A stretch of 64,000 nucleotides of DNA from an archaeon UBA543 (GTDB taxonomy: Archaea > Undinarchaeota > Undinarchaeia > Undinarchaeales > UBA543), in the NCBI GenBank assembly GCA_002502135.1, contig DAPM01000017.1, positions 5,548 to 69,547 of the forward strand. The letters are read 5' to 3'. The position numbers and the translations under genes were made by a program. Under the pieces are notes generated by a model. That model was not told where the DNA came from. It was given only the letters and a program-made list of their open reading frames with translations, and made no database searches. This document shows positions 8,741-18,697 of the stretch, in pieces. Each line of letters opens with the position of its first letter. Position 1 is the stretch's first letter.

Positions 8741-9931
8741 TTGGCAGAGATTTCAAACAGAACAGCTACACTAGGCACTGAAAACGCATTTGTTGTTCTT
8801 GCAGAAGTGAAGAAGCGCATAAAGCAAGGCGACGATATTGTTAATTTTTGTATTGGTCAGCCCGACTTCGATACACCTGATAATATAAAAAAAGCTGCAA
8901 TCAGGGCCATTATCGAAGGGAAAACTGGCTACACACCATCTGCTGGAATTACCGAACTTCGAGAAGCAGCTGCAAAATACTTTTCACGAACAAGGGGCAT
9001 TGAAGTTGATCCAAAACATGTTGCAACAGCTTGCGGAGGCAAACCGTTCATTTACTGGACAATTCTGAGTACAACTGATCACGGGGTTGGTGATGAAATC
9101 CTATACCCAAATCCTGGTTTCCCAATTTACGAATCACAAATCAAAGCATGTGGAGCAGTTCCAGTTGCCCTCCCACTTCGAGAAGAGAACGCATTCTCTT
9201 TCAGTATTGACGACTTAGCAGAGAAAATCACTTCGAAAACCAAAATGCTCATACTCAACTCACCACACAACCCAACTGGCAATGTCCTAAAAAAGCACGA
9301 ACTTAAGGGAATTGCCGACCTTGCTATGGAGCACGATTTTTGGGTGTATTCTGATGAGGTTTACTCCAGTCTGATTTATGATGGCAAGTTTGAGTCAATA
9401 GTTTCAATTCCTGGGATGGAGGAACACACAATAGTTGTGGATTGCGTTTCAAAATCATATGCAATGACTGGTTGGCGTCTTGGTTACGCTTACAACAAGC
9501 ACTTATCAGAGCATTTTGCAAGATGGATGACAAATACTGATTCCTGTGCTTCTCATCCTATCCAATGGGCAGGCGTTGAGGCTTTGAATGGTCCGCAGGG
9601 GCACAGTCAGTTAATGACTGAAAGCTTTAAAGAGCGCCGGAACTTAATTGTTAATGGTTTGAATGAAATGTCTGGTGTTTCTTGCTTATCTCCTGGTGGC
9701 GCTTTCTATGCCTGGCCAAATGTTACTGAAGCTTGCAGAAAGGTTGGAGCAGCGAATTCAGAGGAGTTCAGAAAGATGCTTTTGGATCACGGCGTAGCGG
9801 TTTTGGCCGATACCCACTTTGGTCCTAAGAATCCTGGCCAAGAACAGGAATACATAAGGTTTTCATATGCCACTTCACAAGAAGAAATCAGTGAAGGGCT
9901 TAAAAGAATGAAGGAATTTGTGGAAAAATGA
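8741..9931 (+). CDS. Aspartate/aromatic aminotransferase (class I, PLP-dependent)
   Basis: 396 aa. Motifs NFCIGQPDF, NSPHNPTG and SKSYAMTGWRLGY (PLP lysine). Confidence 0.85.
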   Translation: MAEISNRTATLGTENAFVVLAEVKKRIKQGDDIVNFCIGQPDFDTPDNIKKAAIRAIIEGKTGYTPSAGITELREAAAKYFSRTRGIEVDPKHVATACGGKPFIYWTILSTTDHGVGDEILYPNPGFPIYESQIKACGAVPVALPLREENAFSFSIDDLAEKITSKTKMLILNSPHNPTGNVLKKHELKGIADLAMEHDFWVYSDEVYSSLIYDGKFESIVSIPGMEEHTIVVDCVSKSYAMTGWRLGYAYNKHLSEHFARWMTNTDSCASHPIQWAGVEALNGPQGHSQLMTESFKERRNLIVNGLNEMSGVSCLSPGGAFYAWPNVTEACRKVGAANSEEFRKMLLDHGVAVLADTHFGPKNPGQEQEYIRFSYATSQEEISEGLKRMKEFVEK

Positions 9932-11880
9932 AAAAATATTCAGTTGAAGAACTTGAAAATGCAGCAAAAGAAATGCGGGCTTATATGCTAGTTGCTCTCC
10001 ATGCTGCTGGTTCCGGCCACTCAGGTGGATCACTTTCTTGTATGGATCTTGTTGCAGCAGCTTATCTGAATGTAATGAATCACGATCCAAAAAACCCAAA
10101 ACTGGAAGACCGCGACCGTTTCTTATTCTCTGCAGGACACAAAGCACCTGCACTTTATGCAGCCCTTGGCTACTCAGGTTATTTTGATATCAAAGATTTA
10201 ATGAAGCTCAGAAAACTGGAAAGCCCTTACCAGGGACACCCACACTGGCTCAAACTTGAAGGTGTTGAAGCTTCAACTGGCTCGCTTGGTCAGGGTTTGA
10301 GTATTGCTATTGGGTTCGCACTCAGGGCAAAACTTGACAAAAAGGATTACAGAATTTACTGCTTAATGGGTGATGGTGAGCAACAGGAAGGACAAGTTTG
10401 GGAAGCTGCAATGGAAGCTTCGCATTACAAATTGGGCAATTTAACAGCAATTGTTGATGTTAATAATCTCCAAATTGACGGAAACGTTTCAGATGTTATG
10501 ACTATTCAGCCTCTGAAAGAAAAATACGAGTCTTTTGGCTGGAATGTTATTGAAATTGACGGGCACGATATGCAGCAGATTGTGGATGCTTATTCAAAAA
10601 CAGCAACAGACAAACCTACAGTTATTCTTGCAAAAACAGTAAAAGGCAAGGGCGTTTCCTTTATGGAAGACCAGGCTGGATGGCATGGTAAAGCTCCAAA
10701 CAGGGAAGAACTTGAAACAACTCTCAAAGAACTCGGCGTAGAACTTCCAATTGACGATCTTTTGAAAATTGCGCAGGATTATCAGGCAAAAATGGATAAG
10801 AAAGTGGCTGATATGATTCCGAAATTCTCCAAAAACTACTGGTGGAATGAACAGGACAATATGAAAGCAGAAATGAAGCCAACCAGAAAAGGATTTGGTG
10901 AATGTCTGGCAGAAATCGGCGATGACGAGAGAATTGTCTGCCTGGGTGCGGATATTTCAGGATCAATTTGTATTAATCAGTTCAACAAAGACAAACCAGA
11001 ACGCGACAACCGCTTTTTGAGTATGGGAATTGCAGAGCAGAGTGGAACAGCAGTTGCAGCAGGACTTGCAAAAGAAGGAAAGATTCCGATTTTCGGAACT
11101 TATGCTGTTTTCTCAGCTGGAAGAGCACTTGACCAGATCAGAACAACTGTTTGTTATGGAAATTTCAATGTTAAGATCACTGGAGCTCACGGCGGTGTCT
11201 CAGTTGGACCAGATGGTGCAACCCACCAAGCACTGGAAGATATTTTCCAGATGTGTGGTTTGCCAAACATGAATGTGTTTGTGCCTTGCGATTCTGTAGA
11301 AACCAAGAAAGCATCTAACGCAATGATTCTTGATGTTGAAGGGCCTTGTTATATCCGATATGCAAGAGAATCAACTCCAATTATTTCAACTGAAGATACT
11401 CCTTACAAGTCCGGAACAGCGAACGTAATCCGATACAGGGGGGCAAAAGATAATTTCATTGAAGCTTTTGAAACCAAATTAGCAAGTGATTACAATTCAG
11501 AAAATGAAGACTTGACAATTGTGGCCTGCGGTCCTGAAGTACCAGAAGCAATGCGAGCTGCCTGGATTCTGAAAGGAGAATTCGGACTTGAAACCAGAAT
11601 TATCAACATGCACACCTTAAAACCACTTGACACAGACGCACTCACAGCAGCTGGAAAAGAAACTAAAATAATCATAACTGCTGAAGAACACCAGAAAGGC
11701 GGACTTGGAAACCTGGTTGCTGCAGCACTACTTGAAGCTGGTGTTGCTCCAGAAAAGTTCGCAATGATTGGAGTTCCTGATAGGTTCGGCGAATCTGGTG
11801 GTTCCTGGGAATTAGTCAAGTATTTCAGGCTTTCTGCAGAGTTTATTGCTCAAAAAGCAAAAGAGCTTGCAGGGAAATAA
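9928..11880 (+). CDS. tkt: Transketolase (fused N/C full-length form)
   Basis: 650 aa. TPP site GSGHSGGSLS...GDGEQQEG, followed by pyrimidine-binding and C-terminal domains. Confidence 0.9.
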   Translation: MKKYSVEELENAAKEMRAYMLVALHAAGSGHSGGSLSCMDLVAAAYLNVMNHDPKNPKLEDRDRFLFSAGHKAPALYAALGYSGYFDIKDLMKLRKLESPYQGHPHWLKLEGVEASTGSLGQGLSIAIGFALRAKLDKKDYRIYCLMGDGEQQEGQVWEAAMEASHYKLGNLTAIVDVNNLQIDGNVSDVMTIQPLKEKYESFGWNVIEIDGHDMQQIVDAYSKTATDKPTVILAKTVKGKGVSFMEDQAGWHGKAPNREELETTLKELGVELPIDDLLKIAQDYQAKMDKKVADMIPKFSKNYWWNEQDNMKAEMKPTRKGFGECLAEIGDDERIVCLGADISGSICINQFNKDKPERDNRFLSMGIAEQSGTAVAAGLAKEGKIPIFGTYAVFSAGRALDQIRTTVCYGNFNVKITGAHGGVSVGPDGATHQALEDIFQMCGLPNMNVFVPCDSVETKKASNAMILDVEGPCYIRYARESTPIISTEDTPYKSGTANVIRYRGAKDNFIEAFETKLASDYNSENEDLTIVACGPEVPEAMRAAWILKGEFGLETRIINMHTLKPLDTDALTAAGKETKIIITAEEHQKGGLGNLVAAALLEAGVAPEKFAMIGVPDRFGESGGSWELVKYFRLSAEFIAQKAKELAGK

Positions 11881-11909
11881 GTTTAAACTAGCAATTTCTT
11901 AATTTTACT

Positions 11910-12260
11910 ATGGATTTCAACTACAAACAAGCAATCTTAATCAGAAAAGACCTTAACCTGAGCAAAGGCAAGGCAATAGCACAGGGAGCGCACGCCAGTG
12001 TTGAAGCATTTGTTAAATCAAAAGAAATTGGAAACACCTGGCTGCAAGAAGGAATGAAGAAAGTCGTGCTCGAAGTTGCAGATGAAGCAGAATTAATCAA
12101 ATATTTCCAAACTGCTAAAGATCTTGGCCTGCCAGCTTGCTTAATCACAGATGCTGGCCACACTGAAATTCCTGCTGGAAAAAAAACCGCAGTTGGTATT
12201 GGCCCTGCTCTTGATGCTGATATTGACAAAGTTACTGGGGAGTTGAAACTTTTAGGGTGA
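11910..12260 (+). CDS. pth2: Peptidyl-tRNA hydrolase, archaeal Pth2
   Basis: 116 aa. KAIAQGAHASVEAF...TDAGHTEIPAGKKTAVGIGP matches the Pth2 family. Confidence 0.85.
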   Translation: MDFNYKQAILIRKDLNLSKGKAIAQGAHASVEAFVKSKEIGNTWLQEGMKKVVLEVADEAELIKYFQTAKDLGLPACLITDAGHTEIPAGKKTAVGIGPALDADIDKVTGELKLLG

Positions 12261-13402
12261 TGGATTTCTCAACATTCGGAATAACACAATTTGCCACTAA
12301 GGCAGACGGATTTTCAGGAAAATTCAAGCAAGAGCCTGGCGACTTTGTTGTTCAAGAAATTCTAGTTGACGGAACAGTTGCCAGTTTGGAACCTGATAAT
12401 TCTGCTAAACCCTTGGATTCTGAATACACTCAATTCACTTTAGTAAAACGGGACTGGAATCAGGACACAATCCTAAAGAAAATCGCAATGTATTGCGGTG
12501 TTTCCAGAAAACGAGTTTCCTACGCAGGAACAAAAGACAAATACGCTCTAACAGCTCAGAGAATTTCAGCTTGGAAAATTTCTCCAGAACAACTTGCAAA
12601 TATCAGAATCAAAGATGTTGAAATCGGTGACTTCACTGCATTTGACAAGCGTTTAGAGCTTGGAGATCTCTGGGGAAACAGATTCACAATTAAAATCACA
12701 GATGTGGCCGATCCAAAATCTGCAGTCAAATCCTGCAATGAAACTTTCAAACAACTTGAAAAACTTGGTGGACTTCCAAACTTCTTTGGTCAGCAAAGAT
12801 TCGGAATGCGCAGAAACAATCACATTATCGGAAAGCACCTGCTCCAAGGAAAAATGGAAGATGCTTGCAAGGGCTTCCTTATTGAAACAACCGATGATGA
12901 AAAACCTGAAGGAAAAGCAGCAAGAGAAGACCTTGCAAAGAACTGGGGCACTTTCAAACAGTTCCCGAAATTTATGAGATTTGAAAACGCAGTAATAAAT
13001 CAGTTGATCCAGCATCCAAGCGATTTTGTGGGAGCTTTCAAAAGACTAAGCAAGAATATTTACAAAATTTTCACTCACGCTTACCAATCCAACTTATTTA
13101 ACATTCTTTTATCTGAGCGACTGGAGAAACAAGATTCTCTGAGTGGTGAGGGAAACTTAGTAGGATATGATTCTGAGCTAACTGAGCAAGAGTTGAGCTT
13201 GCTAAAGAAAGATGAGCTGACACAAAAAGGTCTGCGAATCAAACAGTTTCCAGAAGCAAGCGTCAGTGGGGGCAAGCGAAAATGGCTGGCAGAAATGAAG
13301 AACTTCTCCTGCGAAGCTGGCGACAATTCTGTAACAATCAAGTTCGATTTGCAAAAAGGAGCATATGCAACAGTCCTTCTCAGAGAATTATTGAAATCAT
13401 AA
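12257..13402 (+). CDS. truD: tRNA pseudouridine(13) synthase TruD/Pus7
   Basis: 381 aa. Motifs GTKDKYA and NFFGQQRFG are TruD signature motifs. Confidence 0.8.
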   Translation: MMDFSTFGITQFATKADGFSGKFKQEPGDFVVQEILVDGTVASLEPDNSAKPLDSEYTQFTLVKRDWNQDTILKKIAMYCGVSRKRVSYAGTKDKYALTAQRISAWKISPEQLANIRIKDVEIGDFTAFDKRLELGDLWGNRFTIKITDVADPKSAVKSCNETFKQLEKLGGLPNFFGQQRFGMRRNNHIIGKHLLQGKMEDACKGFLIETTDDEKPEGKAAREDLAKNWGTFKQFPKFMRFENAVINQLIQHPSDFVGAFKRLSKNIYKIFTHAYQSNLFNILLSERLEKQDSLSGEGNLVGYDSELTEQELSLLKKDELTQKGLRIKQFPEASVSGGKRKWLAEMKNFSCEAGDNSVTIKFDLQKGAYATVLLRELLKS

Positions 13403-13437
13403 CCTTTTTATATTATCAAACAGGGATGAACTAATCC

Positions 13438-14199
13438 ATGATAAACCCGGTCAGATCTATTTATAGAAGAGTGGTCTCAATTCCACATATCTTATTTCCA
13501 AAAAAGCTAAACACGATGCCTTATTTCCAGAGAATGAAACTCTTCTACAAACTCGAGCGAGTTCACTGGAACATCAGGTGCTATCACAAAAGGAGTCACA
13601 TAGTACCGTTTATCAAATGGCTTATTGAAAATCCTGAGATCGGGGGCTCTATTATTGAAGCAGGATGCGGACAGGGCGGAAGTACAACTAAACTCAGCAT
13701 TATCGCCAAAATGCTTAACAAGAAACTAATAGTTTTTGACAGTTTCCAAGGTCTTCCACATGGAAGCGACGAAGTTAAAAACATTCTTGGAAATCCTGCA
13801 GAGAAATTCAAAACTGGAAATTTCGCAACTCCACTTAAACAAGTCAAAGAAAACATTTCAAAATACGGAGAACTTGGCCAGTGCAAATTTGTTGAAGGCT
13901 GGTTCAAGGACACTCTGCCCTCTTTTAACGAAACCATCTGCGCAGCATATATTGATGTTGATCTCCCATCCAGCACAGCAACTTGTATCAAATATCTGTT
14001 CCCACATCTCTCTGAACATGGGCTTTTCTATTCACAAGATGGTGATTACCCTTCTGTTCTCGCAACCTTCTTATCAACAGATATATGGCATGACATCCAA
14101 TATAATGTTCCTAAAATCCGCCATCTTGGAAGCAAATTAAAAATCATCTGGATTGAAAGAACAATTCCAAGCGCTAGGCAAAAGCATAATCTTTATTAA
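13438..14199 (+). CDS. TylF/MycF-like SAM-dependent O-methyltransferase
   Basis: 253 aa. GSIIEAGCGQGGST...FDSFQGLP...GWFKDTLP matches the macrocin-O-methyltransferase family layout. It sits immediately upstream of the aglB pair. Confidence 0.55.
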   Translation: MINPVRSIYRRVVSIPHILFPKKLNTMPYFQRMKLFYKLERVHWNIRCYHKRSHIVPFIKWLIENPEIGGSIIEAGCGQGGSTTKLSIIAKMLNKKLIVFDSFQGLPHGSDEVKNILGNPAEKFKTGNFATPLKQVKENISKYGELGQCKFVEGWFKDTLPSFNETICAAYIDVDLPSSTATCIKYLFPHLSEHGLFYSQDGDYPSVLATFLSTDIWHDIQYNVPKIRHLGSKLKIIWIERTIPSARQKHNLY

Positions 14200-14224
14200 T
14201 ACCTGTTTTCAACCAGTGTGCATG
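14180..14224 (+). promoter_or_regulatory. Putative archaeal TATA promoter for aglB copy 1; member of a duplicated 45-nt upstream sequence
   Basis: AAAAGCATAATCTTTATTAATACCTGTTTTCAACCAGTGTGCATG is near-identical to 16442..16486. The TTTATTAATA box is centred ~27 nt before the ATG, which implies a leaderless mRNA. Confidence 0.5.
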
Positions 14225-16435
14225 AATGAGGGGGGAGAGGATGATTCATCCTTTGATTTTTCAAAGTTAAAGAATCGATTCAAGCGCGACAAAGCGTCTG
14301 GCGACAGCATGGCTCTGGATCTTTCTGGCCCAGCCAAGTGGCTCAAAAACAACAAGAAGTTCCTAATTTACGGGCTTCTGGTTTTGCTTTTATTATTCTC
14401 CGGATGGCTTAGATTTATGCCAGAGGAAAAGTACACTGGAATTTATGAAAATTCACTTTCTGCCATGGATCCTTACTGGCATTACAGACATGCAAACGAC
14501 GTTTATGAGCATGGTTTTGTTGGTGACGAAGAAGTCTGCTATAATGAGGCAGCGAAACTAACAACCAAATATGATGGCTCGTGTCCACCCGGTTCTGAAC
14601 ACGCCTATTGGGATTTCATGCACGATGCCCCTGAAGGAAGTCGTATTGACCAGGAATTCTACCCATACTTTTCTGCATATTCTTACAAGTTTTTCGGTAG
14701 AGCATTTGCACCTAACTTGCTTGTCTGGCACCGCTGGACACCTGCGCTTTTCGGAATACTAGCAGTTCTTGGAATGTTCCTTCTGGCAAAACAATTATTC
14801 GGGCCTTACGCAGGACTTGCTGCAGGTTTCCTCTTTTCACTAGCGCCTTCATTTTTAACAAGAAGTGTTTCTGGATTTGCAGATACTGACGCAGTAATCG
14901 GGTTCTTCACTGTATTCTCGCTTTATTTCTTCATAAAAGCCTGGGATAACAACTCCATATTATATGCAATAATCGGTGGAGTCTGTCTTGGTTTGTTTGG
15001 TGTAGCCTGGCCAGGGTACGAGTTCATGCCACTTCTATTGATGGGCATGGCTGGATTTTTCTTTGTTTACAAAACCGTCCCTAAAATAATTGAAGGTTCC
15101 AGAAATTTCATAAAATTGGTTGTCGATCATTTGAAAGAGTATTGGAAAAAGTATGCAATTCTTGCGCTCTTACTATTGGTTACTCTAACTCTTGTAGGAT
15201 CTATCCGCGGTTTCAAGGAAGTTAATGTGTTTGAAGCAATAACTGCTTCTACAAGATTCAAAGTTGAAGATGTTGTTGACACTTCTGTTGAAGGAGAGGA
15301 CGTACTTGAGGTTTACAAAACCGTTGCTGAGATGAATCCTTCAAATCTCAGAAATATTGTTATTCGTCTTCATTACGCTCTTGTACTTCTTGCTGTTGGT
15401 TTCATAGCCTTACTCCCATTTGGATTATGGAAAAAGGTGAAAGATAATACACACCATATCGCCTTCCTCTTACTTTGGTTCGGTGCTACATTCTACATGT
15501 CTTTCAAGGCAATGAGGTTTATTGGAATGGCAGTATTCCCTGTTTGTATTTTTGCAGGAATCACTATTGCATTCTTGATTTCAAAAATCAAGCTGAAGCG
15601 CCCTGTTATTTCAGTTATATTTGCACTTATCATTTTCCTTTCAATCTTTGCAGTTCCTAATATTGCTATGGTCAAGGGGCAGGAATGGGGTGTATCCTAT
15701 TACGCCAGTGGAAGAGCAACTGCAGATCAAACTGGTCCATCTTTAGGACCTAATTGGTTTGACTTCCTCTACTGGGCCAGAGACTCGACTCCTGAAGGCT
15801 CAATATTCGCATCTTGGTGGGATCCTGGACATGCAATGACAGCTATCGGTGAGCGTCCTGCGGTTGCTGACGGAAGTCAGAACTCCTGGCATATCCACGA
15901 TCTCGCAGTCATCTTCACCACAACTGATGAAAATCTCGCAGTTGAACGGCTCAAAAAATATGATGTGTCTTACTTTTACACAAGTTCTGACCTGATTAAC
16001 AAGTATGGTGCAATCAGTTTCCTGTCTAATGGACAGGGTGAAAACTATCCGTTCCTCAATCTTGCTGAATCCAAGGAAGTTGCTTCAGGAAATGTTTTGA
16101 TATATCCTGTTGCTTCTCAGACAGACATAATCCTTGAATTAAGAGAAGATGGGATGAGTGCAGTTATATCTCAGAGATTCCAGAAACAGACAATAAAACG
16201 GATCTTCTACACTCAGAACGATCAGAGCTATGTTTCAGAATCAGATGACCCAGATGCATTCGAAGCAATGCTGTATCTCCAGCCTAATTTCCAGCAGGCC
16301 ATATTCCTTCCAATTCATCTGGAAAACAATATGCTCACCCAGCTTCACTTCTTCAATGGTCAGAATCTTGAGCACTTTGAGTATGTTGGCAATTACGGTG
16401 ATGAAATAAAAGTTTTCAAAGTCATTTATGACTAG
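14222..16435 (+). CDS. aglB: Oligosaccharyltransferase AglB/STT3 family, paralog 1
   Basis: Start placed at MNEGGEDD (leaderless, after the TATA). N-terminal polytopic membrane domain carries a DPYWHYR first-loop motif (cf. STT3 DPWFNYR), a T-x-x-E-like KTVAEM and a C-terminal WWDPGH (variant of the WWDYG motif). Confidence 0.75.
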   Translation: MNEGGEDDSSFDFSKLKNRFKRDKASGDSMALDLSGPAKWLKNNKKFLIYGLLVLLLLFSGWLRFMPEEKYTGIYENSLSAMDPYWHYRHANDVYEHGFVGDEEVCYNEAAKLTTKYDGSCPPGSEHAYWDFMHDAPEGSRIDQEFYPYFSAYSYKFFGRAFAPNLLVWHRWTPALFGILAVLGMFLLAKQLFGPYAGLAAGFLFSLAPSFLTRSVSGFADTDAVIGFFTVFSLYFFIKAWDNNSILYAIIGGVCLGLFGVAWPGYEFMPLLLMGMAGFFFVYKTVPKIIEGSRNFIKLVVDHLKEYWKKYAILALLLLVTLTLVGSIRGFKEVNVFEAITASTRFKVEDVVDTSVEGEDVLEVYKTVAEMNPSNLRNIVIRLHYALVLLAVGFIALLPFGLWKKVKDNTHHIAFLLLWFGATFYMSFKAMRFIGMAVFPVCIFAGITIAFLISKIKLKRPVISVIFALIIFLSIFAVPNIAMVKGQEWGVSYYASGRATADQTGPSLGPNWFDFLYWARDSTPEGSIFASWWDPGHAMTAIGERPAVADGSQNSWHIHDLAVIFTTTDENLAVERLKKYDVSYFYTSSDLINKYGAISFLSNGQGENYPFLNLAESKEVASGNVLIYPVASQTDIILELREDGMSAVISQRFQKQTIKRIFYTQNDQSYVSESDDPDAFEAMLYLQPNFQQAIFLPIHLENNMLTQLHFFNGQNLEHFEYVGNYGDEIKVFKVIYD

Positions 16436-16441
16436 AGCAGA

Positions 16442-16486
16442 AAAAGCATAATCTTTATTAATACCAGTTTTCAACCAATGTCTATG
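16442..16486 (+). promoter_or_regulatory. Putative TATA promoter for aglB copy 2 (duplicate of 14180..14224)
   Basis: AAAAGCATAATCTTTATTAATACCAGTTTTCAACCAATGTCTATG has the same TATA box and spacing. Confidence 0.5.
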
Positions 16487-18697
16487 GCAGATGGGGAAGA
16501 AGGTAAATCCTTTAAGTTTTCAGATATAGAGAGCCGGCTAAATGAAGGTCGCGATATCTCTAAAAGTATTACCTGGGTCAAGGAGAACAAAAAGACTGTA
16601 ATCTATCTTGTCTTGTTTCTGATATTACTATTTTCAACGGTTATCCGATTTGCTCCTGAACAACAGTATACAGGAATTTATGAGGACACTCTTGCTCTTG
16701 GGGACTCTTACTGGCATTACAGACACGCAAAAAACGTTTATGAGCATGGTTTTGTGGGTGATGAAGAGCTTTGCTATAACGAGCAAACCAAAGATACCCA
16801 GGCCTATGACGGTTCGTGCCCTGATGGATATGAACCAGCGTATTTTGACACACTGCACGATGCTCCATTTGGGGTTAAAATTGAGCAGGAATTCTATCCA
16901 TATTTCTCAGCTTATTCCTATAAATATTTCGGTAGAGCATTTGCACCTAACTTGCTTGTCTGGCACCGCTGGACACCTGCATTTTTCGGAATCCTATCAG
17001 TTCTTGGAATGTTCCTTCTCGTTAAACAATTATTCGGACCTTATGCCGGACTTGCTGCAGGTTTAATTTTTTCCCTTGCTCCCTATACTATAATCAAAAC
17101 TATTTCAGGAACAGCTGATACTGAAGCAGTTGTGACATTTTTCACTATATTTACTTTCTACTTTTTTGTAAAGGCGTGGAATCTTTCATCATTTAAATAT
17201 GCTGTAGCCGGAGGCATCACTCTCGGATTGTTCGGAATTGCCTGGGCATCCTATAGGTTCGCTCCTGTCCTCATGCTGGCTGTACTATTCTTCTTCTTTT
17301 TGCAGAAAGTTTATCCTAAATTCAAACAAGGGCGCAGGGATATCTTCAAATTAATAAAAGAGCACTTGACAGAGTACTGGAAAAAATATACTACATTCTT
17401 AATAATACTCGCCATTGGACTTCCTATTATCGGTTTTGTCCGCGGCTTCATTCATATTAATTTCTTCTATGCAATTACAACAGCTTTAAAATTAAAAACA
17501 ACAACAGCTGCGACAACAGTTGGAGGAGAAGTCATCCGTGATGTTTACTCTACAATCACTGAAATGAAGCAAATCGGACTTCATACTATTGTAACAAGGC
17601 TTCACCTTGTTCCAGCACTTCTCTGCGCATCTTTCTTTGCTCTTCTTCCATTTGGCTTGTGGAAAAAATACAAGGATAAAGCTCCCCAGGTTCTTTTTAT
17701 TTTAGTCTGGTTTGCAGCTGCAGTTTTTATGACTTTTAAGGCAACCCGATTTATTATAATGCTGATTCTTCCAGTTTCAGTACTTGCTGGAACAGCTGTT
17801 GGATTCGTGATCTCAAAGATGAGGCAAAAGAAGCTTGTTTTTTCGGTTGTAATTGCTGTTATCCTTCTCATAGTGCTTTTTGTTCTTCCAAACATTCCTG
17901 CTCAGCAAGGCCAGCCAGAACTTCCACAATCTGGTGTTTCACGAAATCGTTCATATTTCTCAACTGGAATTGAATTTACATCTCTTCCAAAACCTCTTTT
18001 AAACCAAAATTGGATAAATTTCTACAAATGGGCGCGTGAACAAACTCCAGAAGATGCAATCTTTGCTTCATGGTGGGATCATGGCCACCTAACTACCGCT
18101 GTTGCTGAACGGGCTATTGTAGCAGACGGAAGTCAAAACAATCTTCATATTCACGATCTTGCCGTTATTCTTACTACTAATGACGAAGATCTAGCTGTAG
18201 AGCGATTGAAAAAATACAATGTTTCATACTTCTTCACAAGTTCAGATATGATAAACAAGTATGGACTGATACTATATCTTGCTGATAAACAGGGCAGTGA
18301 GTATACATTAATTGTTAACCCTGAAATCCAAACCACCCCTCTCGGGCCGGTTTTAGTTTATACTATGGATGAAGCAAATAAAATCACTTTGAAACAGGAA
18401 GAAGATGAACGAATATCTGCTACATTAAGACAGGGGTATCAAACAACACCAATCAATCGAACTCTTTATTACACTAATAATTCTACGCCACTCATTTCTG
18501 AAAGCGAGGCAGAGGATGCGCTCGACATGCTGATTTATGTTCTTCCTCAATGGTTTGGAATCTTTCTTTTAAACCCTGAGATTGAAAAATCAATGCTCAC
18601 TCAACTCCACTTTTTCAATGCAGATTATCTTGAGCATTTCGAATTTATTGAAAGTTTTGGCGGAGAAATCAAGGTCTTTAAGGTAAATTATGACTAA
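16484..18697 (+). CDS. aglB: Oligosaccharyltransferase AglB/STT3 family, paralog 2
   Basis: Track start is 16478; the ATG homologous to copy 1 is 16484 (MADGEEG). Motifs: DSYWHYR, STITEM, WWDHGH. A stretch around 16929..16982 is nucleotide-identical to 14697..14750. Confidence 0.75.
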   Translation: MADGEEGKSFKFSDIESRLNEGRDISKSITWVKENKKTVIYLVLFLILLFSTVIRFAPEQQYTGIYEDTLALGDSYWHYRHAKNVYEHGFVGDEELCYNEQTKDTQAYDGSCPDGYEPAYFDTLHDAPFGVKIEQEFYPYFSAYSYKYFGRAFAPNLLVWHRWTPAFFGILSVLGMFLLVKQLFGPYAGLAAGLIFSLAPYTIIKTISGTADTEAVVTFFTIFTFYFFVKAWNLSSFKYAVAGGITLGLFGIAWASYRFAPVLMLAVLFFFFLQKVYPKFKQGRRDIFKLIKEHLTEYWKKYTTFLIILAIGLPIIGFVRGFIHINFFYAITTALKLKTTTAATTVGGEVIRDVYSTITEMKQIGLHTIVTRLHLVPALLCASFFALLPFGLWKKYKDKAPQVLFILVWFAAAVFMTFKATRFIIMLILPVSVLAGTAVGFVISKMRQKKLVFSVVIAVILLIVLFVLPNIPAQQGQPELPQSGVSRNRSYFSTGIEFTSLPKPLLNQNWINFYKWAREQTPEDAIFASWWDHGHLTTAVAERAIVADGSQNNLHIHDLAVILTTNDEDLAVERLKKYNVSYFFTSSDMINKYGLILYLADKQGSEYTLIVNPEIQTTPLGPVLVYTMDEANKITLKQEEDERISATLRQGYQTTPINRTLYYTNNSTPLISESEAEDALDMLIYVLPQWFGIFLLNPEIEKSMLTQLHFFNADYLEHFEFIESFGGEIKVFKVNYD

